59,798 nt of DNA from an uncultured virus (IMG/VR IMGVR_UViG_2061766007_000580) (lineage: Duplodnaviria > Heunggongvirae > Uroviricota > Caudoviricetes), in the IMG/VR virus record IMGVR_UViG_2061766007_000580. The stretch is one strand, 5' to 3'. The position numbers were made by a program, and so were the translations under genes. The notes beneath the pieces were generated by a model, which worked only from the letters and a program-made list of their open reading frames with translations, was not told the DNA's origin and searched no databases. Of this stretch, positions 8,713 through 18,207 are shown piece by piece; positions within the stretch are counted from its first letter, which is position 1; the number at the start of each line of letters is the position of its first letter.

Positions 8713-10017
8713 ATGGACTTCACCGCCATGGACGCTCGGGCTTACCGAAGCCTGAACTCCGACCAGTACCAGGAGCGCCGCTCGATGGTGCTGTCCCTGG
8801 CAGAGCAGCTGCCCGAGGACGCCACCGAGGAGCAGATCCGCTCGATCGACGACGAAATGGGCATCATCAAGTCCGAGGACTCCCGCCGCGACGCCATGAT
8901 TGAGCTGCGCAACCACAAGGCAGCTGAGGTCATCGGCGGTGCCGGCAAGGTTGTCGGCACGACCGAGACCCGCAAGGCCCCCGGCATCATCCACCGCGAC
9001 AGCACTCTCGGTGGGCGCACGTGGGCCGCTATGCAGGAGCGCGGCTACCACCGCGACGAGCGCTTCCAGCTGCCCAACATCGCGTTCCGCGCATACAACG
9101 ACAACCAGACCGTCGCAGAGCTCGCAGGCGAGAACAGCCCGAACTACTACGATGACGCACTGACCCAGGTCGACCTCGAGATCAAGGAAGGCTACCGCCG
9201 ACCGCTGACCATCTGGGACCTGTTCAACCACGAGACCACCGAGAAGGATTCCGTCGCGTGGTACACCGAAGGCGCGTTCGACGGCTCCGCAGCGATGACC
9301 GCCGAAGCGGGCGCGTTCGCGCAAATCCACGTCAACGATCCCGTGCGTCATTCCGCAGAGCTCAAGAAGGTCACCGCCATCTGGAAGCAGTCCGACGAGA
9401 TCCTGTCCGATGCTCCGCGCTTCGTGAGCCACGTCAACGCACGTGCTGGCTACAACCTCGACATCGTGGTCGAGGACCAGCTGGTCGCAGGCGACGGCAC
9501 CGGCAACAACATCACCGGCATCACGAACGCCACCGGCATCGGCACCGCGACCGCATCCGCATACAACATGGCATTCATCGAGTCCCTGCTCGACGAGCGC
9601 ACCAAGATCCGCAAGGCCACCCCGAACTTCATGGTCGACACGCTGCTCCTGGCTGACGAGGACTACGACACCCTCATGAAGCTGAAGAACAACGCCGACC
9701 AGTACGTGCTTGGTGGGCCCACCGGGTTCGTGTACGGCAACGGCGTGACCATCGGTCGCAACCTGTGGAACACCATCACCATCGTCCCGACTCCCGCTCT
9801 GACCAGCGGCACGTCCATCCTCGGCGCGTTCAAGGCAGGTGCTACCGTCTACGAGCACGTCACCGGGCGCCGCTTCGACGTCGGCTACGACGGCACTGAC
9901 TTCAGCCACGGGCTCGTCAGCTTCCGCGCATACCAGCGCTTCGTGCTGGCTGTCGAGTACCCCGCCGCGTTCACCAAGTACACGGTCGGCTCCGGCCAGT
10001 CCGGCCTCTCGGTATAA
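8713..10017 (+). CDS. Major capsid protein (HK97 fold)
   Basis: N-terminal delta-domain coil, AE.G, S.EIL.D, GDGTG.NITGI; C-terminus SGQSGLSV. Confidence 0.92.
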   Translation: MDFTAMDARAYRSLNSDQYQERRSMVLSLAEQLPEDATEEQIRSIDDEMGIIKSEDSRRDAMIELRNHKAAEVIGGAGKVVGTTETRKAPGIIHRDSTLGGRTWAAMQERGYHRDERFQLPNIAFRAYNDNQTVAELAGENSPNYYDDALTQVDLEIKEGYRRPLTIWDLFNHETTEKDSVAWYTEGAFDGSAAMTAEAGAFAQIHVNDPVRHSAELKKVTAIWKQSDEILSDAPRFVSHVNARAGYNLDIVVEDQLVAGDGTGNNITGITNATGIGTATASAYNMAFIESLLDERTKIRKATPNFMVDTLLLADEDYDTLMKLKNNADQYVLGGPTGFVYGNGVTIGRNLWNTITIVPTPALTSGTSILGAFKAGATVYEHVTGRRFDVGYDGTDFSHGLVSFRAYQRFVLAVEYPAAFTKYTVGSGQSGLSV

Positions 10018-10029
10018 GGGAGGTGCGAG

Positions 10030-10254
10030 ATGAACGTCATCGTGCTGGAAGACTTCCATGACAACCTGAAGGGCGTTGACCGCAAGCGCGGCGAGCAGTT
10101 CGTCGTGTCACGCGAGCGCTTCGATGAGATCAACGCTTTCGGCCAGGAACGCATCGGCAGGCCGATTGTCGGCGACGTCGAAGAGAAGCAGGCACCCGAA
10201 GAGCGTGCAGCAAAGGCGAAGGCCAAGAGGCGCACGGCAAGGAAGGCGCAGTAG
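10030..10254 (+). CDS. Small head-associated hypothetical protein
   Basis: RBS GGGAGG; position after the capsid gene. Confidence 0.65.
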   Translation: MNVIVLEDFHDNLKGVDRKRGEQFVVSRERFDEINAFGQERIGRPIVGDVEEKQAPEERAAKAKAKRRTARKAQ

Positions 10255-10596
10255 ATGGCGCTACTCGACGACATAAAGCTGTCCCTGCGGGTGTCAACCT
10301 CAGCCCTCGACGCAGAGGTCGAGATGCTCGCGGGAGCGGCCATCCGCGACATGGAGCGGGTGGGCGTCGACCCAGAGCTTCTGNNNNNNNNNNNNNNNNN
10401 NNNNNNNNNNNNCGACGCGACCGAAAACTGCGAAGACGCGTTCGTCAAGACCGCAATAACCGCCTACTGCAAGGCTCACTTCGGCTACGACAACATGGAG
10501 GCGAAACGCTTCGACGAGGCGTACAGGCGCATCGTGTGCGACCTGCTCAACTCCTCCGACAACATCGCAGCCGACGAGCCGGAAGGCGGCGAGTGA
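10255..10596 (+). CDS. Head-tail connector (gp6-like)
   Basis: LLDDIKLSLRV...AITAYCKAHFG; spans an N-gap. Confidence 0.8.
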   Translation: MALLDDIKLSLRVSTSALDAEVEMLAGAAIRDMERVGVDPELLXXXXXXXXXXDATENCEDAFVKTAITAYCKAHFGYDNMEAKRFDEAYRRIVCDLLNSSDNIAADEPEGGE

Positions 10597-10970
10597 TGCG
10601 CTGGAACGAGACGTGCGTGCTTGTCGATTCCGAATACGCATTGGACGGCGAGGGCGTTCCCGCGCCGACCGAGACGAGGACCGAGGTGTTCTGCAACCCG
10701 AGGACGGTCGGAGCGTCCACGTGGTCGTCCATGTACGAGATCGGCATATCGTGCGACGCCCAGATCCAGGTGCGGACATGCGACTACGACGAGCAGCGCG
10801 ACGTCGAGTACCGAGGCGAGCGCTACTCGGTCGAGGTCATGCAGGAACGCGGAGACTACACGGTGCTGACGCTGCGCCACCAGAAATCGGACCCAGAAGC
10901 AGAGCATTCGGGTGGCGAGCAGCCAGAACCGGATGACGGCAATGGCGAGGGCGGTGAAAACGATGGGTAG
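10596..10970 (+). CDS. Head-closure / head-tail adaptor
   Basis: EVFCN..V...Y..G, DY...VEYRGERYSV; synteny. Confidence 0.75.
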   Translation: MRWNETCVLVDSEYALDGEGVPAPTETRTEVFCNPRTVGASTWSSMYEIGISCDAQIQVRTCDYDEQRDVEYRGERYSVEVMQERGDYTVLTLRHQKSDPEAEHSGGEQPEPDDGNGEGGENDG

Positions 10971-11373
10971 ACACGATATCACGTGCGACATCGACGGCTT
11001 CGCACGCGGCATCGAGGAGCTCATCGGTGACATCCCCGAGAAGTGCTCCGACAAGGTCGGCAAGGCAACCGAGAGGGCTACGCGAAAGGGCGTCAAGACC
11101 GTCAAGTCGTATGCGAGCGAAGGCGGCATCCACGAGTGGTCAGACCGCTACGTAGGAGGGTTCTCAAGCCACGTCGACCGGAAGGGCCCGGTCACAATCG
11201 GCCAGATCGGCAACAAGAAAGAACCTGGACTTGTCCACCTGCTCGAAAAGGGGCACGCAACGCCGGCAGGAAGGCGCACTAGGTCATTCCCGCACATGGC
11301 ACCAGCGTTCGACGAGATAACGCAGGACTTCATCGAGATGGCGAGCAGGGCGATCGAGGAGGCTATCTCATGA
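10963..11373 (+). CDS. HK97 gp10-like tail completion protein
   Basis: LVHLLEKGHA...PHMAPA motif. Confidence 0.8.
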   Translation: MGRHDITCDIDGFARGIEELIGDIPEKCSDKVGKATERATRKGVKTVKSYASEGGIHEWSDRYVGGFSSHVDRKGPVTIGQIGNKKEPGLVHLLEKGHATPAGRRTRSFPHMAPAFDEITQDFIEMASRAIEEAIS

Positions 11374-11705
11374 GCCACGCAGATGTATACGAGGCGGTAT
11401 CGGCACACGTGCCGTGCTGCCACATGGAGTGGCCCGATGACAAGGCGCCTCCCGTTCCGTTCGCCTGCTACCTGCTCGACTACGACAAGCCGATATGCGC
11501 AGGCGACGTGCAGATAGCCGTCAGGCGCAAGTGGATCGTCGAGCTTTACGAGCGGTTCCGCGACGCGGAGCTGGAAAAGGCCCTCGGAGACTCGCTGAGG
11601 GACGCGTTCGGAGCGGTTCGCCGCGACGAGCAATGGATAGAAAACGACAACCTGCTCCAGGTCGTCTACACGTTTTACCAGATAGAAGGAGACTTCGATG
11701 GCTAG
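11370..11705 (+). CDS. Putative tail terminator
   Basis: Synteny; P.PF..Y, VELY, WIE.D.L.QVVY. Confidence 0.65.
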   Translation: MSHADVYEAVSAHVPCCHMEWPDDKAPPVPFACYLLDYDKPICAGDVQIAVRRKWIVELYERFRDAELEKALGDSLRDAFGAVRRDEQWIENDNLLQVVYTFYQIEGDFDG

Positions 11706-12291
11706 AAAAGTACGTTACGGACTAAAGAACACCAAGTACGCGGTGTGGAATTCCCAGTCGAGCACATACGGCTCGTTGAAGGACCTGCCCTGGGCGGTCG
11801 CCCTTAGCCTCTCCACCGAGGGTGGCGACGGATCCGACTTCTACGCGGACGATGGCATCTGCTTCTCGTTCGCTGGCACCAACGGCGGTTATTCCGGCGA
11901 TTTCGAGCTTTCCAACGTGCCGGACACGGTGCGCGTGGACTTGCTCGGCGAAGTGGTCGACTCTGCAACCGGCGTCCAGTTCGAGACTACCGACGTCGAG
12001 CCGCCCGAGTTCGCGCTCATTACCGAGATGCAGACCGACGAGGGCCCGATCGGCTTCGTGTTCTACAACTGCAAGGCATCCCGTCCCGAGATCAGCGCAA
12101 ACACCAAGAACGACAACCCGGACGTGGACACGGAATCCTTGCCGCTTCGCATCGCATCCCGCAAGTTCACCTACGGCGGCGTCCAGAAGAGCTTCGTGCA
12201 GGGCCACATCCAGAAGACTGATTCGAACACGGCCCAATACACTGCGTTCTTCGCATCGGTCGTCACCCCCGGTGGCGGTCTGAGCGTATAA
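11698..12291 (+). CDS. Major tail (tube) protein, phi13-like
   Basis: KVRYGLKN, FYADD, NGGYSGDFE, FYNCKASRP; C-terminus GGGLSV. Confidence 0.88.
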   Translation: MARKVRYGLKNTKYAVWNSQSSTYGSLKDLPWAVALSLSTEGGDGSDFYADDGICFSFAGTNGGYSGDFELSNVPDTVRVDLLGEVVDSATGVQFETTDVEPPEFALITEMQTDEGPIGFVFYNCKASRPEISANTKNDNPDVDTESLPLRIASRKFTYGGVQKSFVQGHIQKTDSNTAQYTAFFASVVTPGGGLSV

Positions 12292-12303
12292 GGGGGATAG
12301 CTG

Positions 12304-12687
12304 ATGTTCACGTTCGAAGCCAACGGCAAGACCTACACCGCCAAGGTGACGTTCTACACGGCCCACCTCTACGAGATGGAGTTCCGCAGTGACCTCATCC
12401 GTGACCTGTTCGGGGTGCAGACAGCCGAGCAGCCGCTCGAGATCGAGCGGACGGGCGACGGAGAGGACGATTACCGCATCGTGAAGATCGACTTCACGAA
12501 GGTCAACTGGACGGTCGTTGCGAAGGCGCTGTGGGCCGCAGTCAAGACCGCGAACAAGGCTACTCAGAACTACGCCGAGTGGATGCAGTCCATGTCAGGC
12601 GTGAACCTCTGGACGATCCAAGACCAGCTTGGTGAGGAAATCTCCGATTGCTTCTTTCGTGCCGAAGCTCCCGAAGAGGACGCATAG
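12304..12687 (+). CDS. Tail assembly chaperone (gpG-like)
   Basis: Located between the major tail and tape measure genes. Confidence 0.7.
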   Translation: MFTFEANGKTYTAKVTFYTAHLYEMEFRSDLIRDLFGVQTAEQPLEIERTGDGEDDYRIVKIDFTKVNWTVVAKALWAAVKTANKATQNYAEWMQSMSGVNLWTIQDQLGEEISDCFFRAEAPEEDA

Positions 12688-12901
12688 GGAAAAGAGGCAG
12701 AAGAGGGAGAGCTCGGTCAGGCCGTACACGCAGATGCTGCTGTGCGGCCTGGAAGCCGGGCTGACCGTGCAGGACATGCACGACATGAAGTACACGCACC
12801 TTATGCAGACTCTCTACGAATGGGAGGACATGCACGACGCCGACGTCGAAGAGGTGGTCGAGGCCACCTCCGCCGACGTCATGGCGCTTACGAGACTATG
12901 A
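12656..12901 (+). CDS. Tail assembly chaperone extension (gpT-like), probably reached by frameshift
   Basis: Overlapping ORF in the +1 frame that ends just before the tape measure gene. Confidence 0.55.
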   Translation, partial: FVPKLPKRTHREKRQKRESSVRPYTQMLLCGLEAGLTVQDMHDMKYTHLMQTLYEWEDMHDADVEEVVEATSADVMALTRL

Positions 12902-12911
12902 GGAGGAGAGG

Positions 12912-15900
12912 ATGGCCGACGCCTTCAGGGGACTGACGCTGAGGATCGGGGCGGACGCACGCCCGCTGCAATCGGCCATCAGCTCCATCTCACGTTCAGC
13001 CAGCCAGGCACAGAAGCAGATGAACCGGCTGAACAGGGCCCTTAACTTCGACAGCTCGAACGTCAAGATGATGCAGTCCCGCATCGACATCATGGGCGAC
13101 AAGGCGCTGCACTCCGCACGTGCGTTCGCGAAGATAAAGACCGCGATGCAGCAGGCTGCGACGGAGGCGAAGGGCTTCAACTTGAGGAAACTCGCAGCCG
13201 AGACGAAGGACGCGTATTCCGCGACCGAGAAGCTGCGTTCAGAATACAACCACGTCGACGCCGAGTTGCAGCACATCTACGACGCCGTCGGGCGCGTCGT
13301 GATGCGCAACAAGGAGCTTGCGAATGCGGACCACGCGCTTGCGAAGGTGGCATCGAGGCTCAAGGGATTCGACAACAACGACGCCCTTGATTACGTACGC
13401 AAGCTCAGGGAGCAGATGAAGGGCACCGGCGATGCCGCTGACAAGGCGAAGGCGGACTTCCAGGAGCTCGCGAAGGGCGCTCACCTCCAGGATGCCATCG
13501 ACCACGTCAAGAAGCTCAAGGAGCAGATGAAGGGTCTCGGGCCTGAAGCTGAAGCAGCTGCGCGAGAATTCAAGCGGCTTGCCGAGATAGCATCAAGCGA
13601 GTCTGGCATAAACGAGCTGTTCGGCCAGAACAAGGGCGACGTCGAAGCGCTCCTCCGCACGCTCGACAGGCTCATCGAACGGCACAAGAAGCTACACGCC
13701 GAGTACGACAAGATGGACACCGTCCAAGGCTACAGGGCGATGGCTATGGAAGCTCGGATCTACGAGGCGGAGGTCAGGCAGGCAGCTTCCGAGACGGCCC
13801 GCCTGAACACGGAGATGCATGCGCTCGGCACAAAGGGCGCATTGGCTAAGAGCGTCAACAGCATAAAGCTGCTCGGAAACGCGAGCGAGAAGGCCGTTGC
13901 GAGCGCCCACCAGATGATAGACGCATACAGGAAACTGCCAAGCAGCCTAGACAGGTTGAAGGCAAAGGCGTCTGCCGTAGCAGAAGCCGAATCCACCCTT
14001 GCCGCGAGAATGGGTGAAATCAAAAACGCCTTGAGGAAACTCGAATCAGACCCGGCGTTCGACAAAATCGCCGCCTCAACCGAGAACGCGTATGTCAGCG
14101 CTATGAAGGTTGAGAACGAGTACACGGAACTCGCGACGAAGCTGAGCCTTGCTGAGGGGAAAGCGGATGAGCTCAGGACGGAGCTGAACACGCTCAACGA
14201 TTCTGGTGCAGACAGGCTCAACTCAGACTACAGGAAAGTCGAGCGTCAACTTGCGAAGGCGGAAGAAGAAGCACGTCAGCTGAAGACCCAGCTGAACTCT
14301 CTCGACGACGCACATGCAACAGCAGCCCTCATCGTCGAGCAGAGGAGGCTGCGCGACGAGTTGGCGAAGACCGAGATTCAAGTCAAACAGCTCCACACGC
14401 AGATGAGCAAGTTGACGGCACTCGGAACGGCAGGAAAATCGCTCAGGCAGTTCGGTTTCGGAATGTACGCGTCGCTGACTCCAGCCGCGATGATGGCAGG
14501 CAACTACATGATCCAGTCGGCTGAAGACATAGACGCCGCATATCGGAACATGCGCAAGACAGTGAACGGGACAGAAGAAGATTTCCAGACGCTTCTAGAC
14601 CACGCAATCGAGTTCTCCACGACCCACGTGACGACAGCCGACCAGATTCTCGAGATCGAGGCGATGGGTGGACAGCTCGGCATCCAGGTGGAGAACCTCG
14701 AATCGTTCGCGCACACGGTATCGAACCTCGACATCGCCACGAACATGGAAGCCGATGACATAGCAACCCAGCTCGGCAAGATGGCCACGGTCATGGGCAT
14801 GAGCGAGGATCAGTACGACAACTTCGGCGACGCTCTCGTCCGCCTCGGCAACAACATGCCGGTCATGGAGGGTGACATCATGAACCTCACGAACAGGTTC
14901 ATGGGCATGGCGAAGGTCGTTGGCATGTCACCAGACCAGATGCTCGGATGGGCGGCGGCTGCGTCGGCTACAGGTCAGAAGGCGGAAGCGGCTGGCTCTT
15001 CGATGCTGCGTTTCATATCCAACATGGAGACGGCTGTCAACAGCAGCGACGAAGACCTCCAGAAGTGGGCAGACGTCACCGGCATGAGCGTCAGCGAGTT
15101 CAGGAAGGCATTCGACGAGGACGCCAGCGGGACGATGTACAGGTTCGTCCAGGGTCTCGGCGAGATTCAGAAGAGCGGCGGGTCCGTGAACCAGGTGCTC
15201 AGGGACCTCGGCATCAACAACGTCCGCGACAAGCAGCTCCTCGAAGGTCTCGCGAACCAGATGGCAAACGGATCTGGAGAGGCGAACACGCTCGCCCAGT
15301 GCCTCCAGTTGTCGAGCGACGCGTGGAACGGATTAAGCACGAACCTCGGCAACGGCAAGGTCGAGCTCGCAGGCGACGCCATGCGAGAGGCCGACAAGAA
15401 ATCGGAGGGCTTCTCCGGTTCGATTCAAAAACTCCGCAACCAGGCAGCAGCCCTCATGAACGAACTTGCAGAGGGCGCTCAGCCAATCGTTAACAGCATG
15501 GCTAACACGTTCGGCAAGATAGCTAAGGTTTTCCAGGGGTCGAATACGGAGCTGAAGACGTTCGCCATAAAAATGGGGTTGCTCACGGCGGCTGTCGGAC
15601 CGGCAACCGTTGGCNNNNNNNNNNCTGAGGCAATCGGCAACAAGGCAGTTCCAGCCGTCAAGAACGGGCTCGTAAGGCTCGGTACAGCCGTATTGGACCT
15701 CGGCGGCAGAATGGGGCGTGGCGGCACTGCTGTCATGAAGCTCGGAAATGCTATAGGTCTGCTCGGCACCGTGTCGATGGGGCCTGCAATAGCTGGCATT
15801 GCTGCGGTTGGCGGCGCCATATACCTCGCAGTGGGAGCCGTTCAGGCGTACATCAACCACGTCAACAGGATGAAGAAGGCAACAGAGGGCACAGCTGATG

Positions 15901-18206
15901 TGACTAGGCGCTTCTCGGAGCTCAGCAACATCGCCGCTGACGATTTGAGTAAATATTCCGAAGAAGCTGGTCATACATCCATGACGGTCGACGAGCTAGC
16001 TGAATCTGTTTCGAACATGGTCGACGCGCAGAACGCAAGGGCGGAAGCTGCGGAGACAGAAATCGGGAAGCTGTCAGCCGCCCAGCAGATTATCGAGAAA
16101 TACGCGAACACCGACCTCAGCGGCAACATCAGGGCACAGGGCGAATTGCGTGCAGCGGTCGATATGGTTAACGACATCTGCGGAACACAGCTCGAGGTTC
16201 TCGATTCCGTCAACGGCAAGCTGTCAGACGAGGCGGGGCAGCTGGAGACAACCACAGCAGCCCTTTCTGCGTACATCGAGGAAAAGAAGAACCAAATCAG
16301 GGTCGACGCGATAAGCGAATCCCTTGCCGAAGTGTACGAAAAGGAAGCGAAAGCATTCGACGCATACGTTACGGCTCGCACGAAGGCAAATCAATATGAG
16401 ATAGATAACGCTGACATCCTCAACGATAAAAACAATAGAGCATACCACGCAACCAAAAAGGCGTTAGACGAGCTTAATGAGACGGCAGATGAGAACTACG
16501 CGATATGGCAGTCGGTCAACGCGGAAATGGTAGCACTCGAAAGCAATCTTGGAGACGCCGCAGCAGCCATGGATAGCACAAACGCCTCTATCTACACGCT
16601 TGCGAAGGGAAACGCCAACCTCCAAGAAGCATTCAGTGGAATGGATAGCGAGTTCGAAGAATTCGCGTCACAGCTCGACGCAGCCGGCATGACGATGGAC
16701 GAATTCTACAATCTGACATCAGATGACCTTGCGAATCTGGTTATCGAATGGTCGAAGAACGGCCACGACATGAACGCGGCACTTGAGAGTATCGGGCTCC
16801 ATGCACGCTCGCTCTCGGAGCAATATCAGGCCGAAATGGAGAACCTAACTGGGTCCACCGAATCCTGGCAGGCTGCACTCGACGCAACAGGCATGACGAG
16901 CGAAGAGTTCGCCAAGACGTTGCAGGCATCCGGCATATCCGCAGCACAGTTCGCCTCAATCGGCGGAGAGGCTTTCGGCAGTCTTTACAACGCCGCAAAC
17001 GGCGACATCCCGCAGGTGATGGCCCTGATAGACCTGCTGAACGCTGCTGGAATCGACCCGAAGGAAGTCGACATAACCGTCGACGAAAACGGCATTATGT
17101 ACGTCAACGACCAAATCCTTACGCTCAACGAGAGCGTGGCGAGGATTGGCGACCGTAAGTTCAAGATCGATGCAGACGGCAATTTCGAAGAACTCAGGGA
17201 GCAGATAGACGAAACCGAGGTGTCGCTCGACGAGTTCGAGGAATCGTTCGACGAGTACGGAGAGGTCGTCGAGGAGGCGGCGGATGGCATCCAGGCGGTA
17301 GTCGACGCAAACGCAGCACTGTCCAGCGAGCTCTCGAAATCTGGGCTCTCCATAGACGAATTCGGGTCGTTCGTCGAGTCGATGGGCGTCTCTATCGACG
17401 ACCTCGCGAATTCTTCTTCCAATGATGCACGGGCCATGGTCGACGCGTTCGAGACCGTCTCTGGTGCAGCTGAAAAGTGCGGCATGAGCACAGACGACAT
17501 GGCAGCTCAAGTAGCCGCATCGGGTATATCGTTCGACACGCTCGCCGGTATCGGCAGCNNNNNNNNNNNNNNNNNNNNNNNNNNNNNNNNNNAGCTCGTA
17601 AAGCAGAAGATCGACGAGTACAACAGACTGCCGTTCGAGGACAAGAAGAACTTCCTGAAGTCTGATGCGAGTGATGCCACCGCGAAAATCGACAGCACGA
17701 ACAAGAAGCCGCTGAACGACAAGACAACGAAACTCTCAGCAAAGGACCTTGCAAGCGCATCGATAGGCGCTGTGAACAGGCTCTACCTGAACGACCACAC
17801 GACGTACCTATATGCACGTGACCATGCGAGCGCAGTTATTGACAGCGTCAAGCGGAAGCTGAACAGCATCGGCAACGTCACGGCGAACATATTCGCGAGT
17901 AGCTTCAACGCAGCAGGCGGCATCGCCATCCCGAAGCACGGGGACGGCGGATTCGGCGTTGCCACGGGCCCCACGCTCACGTCTGCCGGCTGGGTGGGCG
18001 AGGACGGCTGGGAGGCCATCGTACCGCTCACCAACAGGCGCTACGTGCGTCCGTTCGCGCAAGCGGTTGCGTCTGAGGTCCACCTGCCAAGTGCGGGGAC
18101 TACATTCAACATCACCGTTAACGCATCGGGCGATGGCGAGGACATCGCACGTGCGCTGCGCCGCGAGATGTCGGCGTGGCTGATGACCCAGAAGGCGGGT
18201 GCATAG
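12912..18206 (+). CDS. Tape measure protein
   Basis: ~1760 aa, helical and Ala-rich, with a TP901-like core (GQLGI, DALVRLGNN, AEAAGS); C-terminal VGEDG.EAIVPL; two N-gaps. Confidence 0.93.
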   Translation: MADAFRGLTLRIGADARPLQSAISSISRSASQAQKQMNRLNRALNFDSSNVKMMQSRIDIMGDKALHSARAFAKIKTAMQQAATEAKGFNLRKLAAETKDAYSATEKLRSEYNHVDAELQHIYDAVGRVVMRNKELANADHALAKVASRLKGFDNNDALDYVRKLREQMKGTGDAADKAKADFQELAKGAHLQDAIDHVKKLKEQMKGLGPEAEAAAREFKRLAEIASSESGINELFGQNKGDVEALLRTLDRLIERHKKLHAEYDKMDTVQGYRAMAMEARIYEAEVRQAASETARLNTEMHALGTKGALAKSVNSIKLLGNASEKAVASAHQMIDAYRKLPSSLDRLKAKASAVAEAESTLAARMGEIKNALRKLESDPAFDKIAASTENAYVSAMKVENEYTELATKLSLAEGKADELRTELNTLNDSGADRLNSDYRKVERQLAKAEEEARQLKTQLNSLDDAHATAALIVEQRRLRDELAKTEIQVKQLHTQMSKLTALGTAGKSLRQFGFGMYASLTPAAMMAGNYMIQSAEDIDAAYRNMRKTVNGTEEDFQTLLDHAIEFSTTHVTTADQILEIEAMGGQLGIQVENLESFAHTVSNLDIATNMEADDIATQLGKMATVMGMSEDQYDNFGDALVRLGNNMPVMEGDIMNLTNRFMGMAKVVGMSPDQMLGWAAAASATGQKAEAAGSSMLRFISNMETAVNSSDEDLQKWADVTGMSVSEFRKAFDEDASGTMYRFVQGLGEIQKSGGSVNQVLRDLGINNVRDKQLLEGLANQMANGSGEANTLAQCLQLSSDAWNGLSTNLGNGKVELAGDAMREADKKSEGFSGSIQKLRNQAAALMNELAEGAQPIVNSMANTFGKIAKVFQGSNTELKTFAIKMGLLTAAVGPATVGXXXXEAIGNKAVPAVKNGLVRLGTAVLDLGGRMGRGGTAVMKLGNAIGLLGTVSMGPAIAGIAAVGGAIYLAVGAVQAYINHVNRMKKATEGTADVTRRFSELSNIAADDLSKYSEEAGHTSMTVDELAESVSNMVDAQNARAEAAETEIGKLSAAQQIIEKYANTDLSGNIRAQGELRAAVDMVNDICGTQLEVLDSVNGKLSDEAGQLETTTAALSAYIEEKKNQIRVDAISESLAEVYEKEAKAFDAYVTARTKANQYEIDNADILNDKNNRAYHATKKALDELNETADENYAIWQSVNAEMVALESNLGDAAAAMDSTNASIYTLAKGNANLQEAFSGMDSEFEEFASQLDAAGMTMDEFYNLTSDDLANLVIEWSKNGHDMNAALESIGLHARSLSEQYQAEMENLTGSTESWQAALDATGMTSEEFAKTLQASGISAAQFASIGGEAFGSLYNAANGDIPQVMALIDLLNAAGIDPKEVDITVDENGIMYVNDQILTLNESVARIGDRKFKIDADGNFEELREQIDETEVSLDEFEESFDEYGEVVEEAADGIQAVVDANAALSSELSKSGLSIDEFGSFVESMGVSIDDLANSSSNDARAMVDAFETVSGAAEKCGMSTDDMAAQVAASGISFDTLAGIGSXXXXXXXXXXXXLVKQKIDEYNRLPFEDKKNFLKSDASDATAKIDSTNKKPLNDKTTKLSAKDLASASIGAVNRLYLNDHTTYLYARDHASAVIDSVKRKLNSIGNVTANIFASSFNAAGGIAIPKHGDGGFGVATGPTLTSAGWVGEDGWEAIVPLTNRRYVRPFAQAVASEVHLPSAGTTFNITVNASGDGEDIARALRREMSAWLMTQKAGA

Positions 18207-18207
18207 C

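Noticed and set aside
6543..10059. Long antisense ORFs (e.g. 6243-7784 upstream part, 8587-10059; likewise 36624-37841, 49315-50373)
   Set aside because: Shadow ORFs opposite well-supported genes, expected with high-GC codon bias.
10012..12304. Stop-codon readthrough after the shared GTA TAA GGG at the capsid and tail gene ends (next ATG in frame 12 nt later in both)
   Set aside because: The tail case has a second in-frame TAG, and the GGG is part of the next RBS; no positive evidence for recoding.
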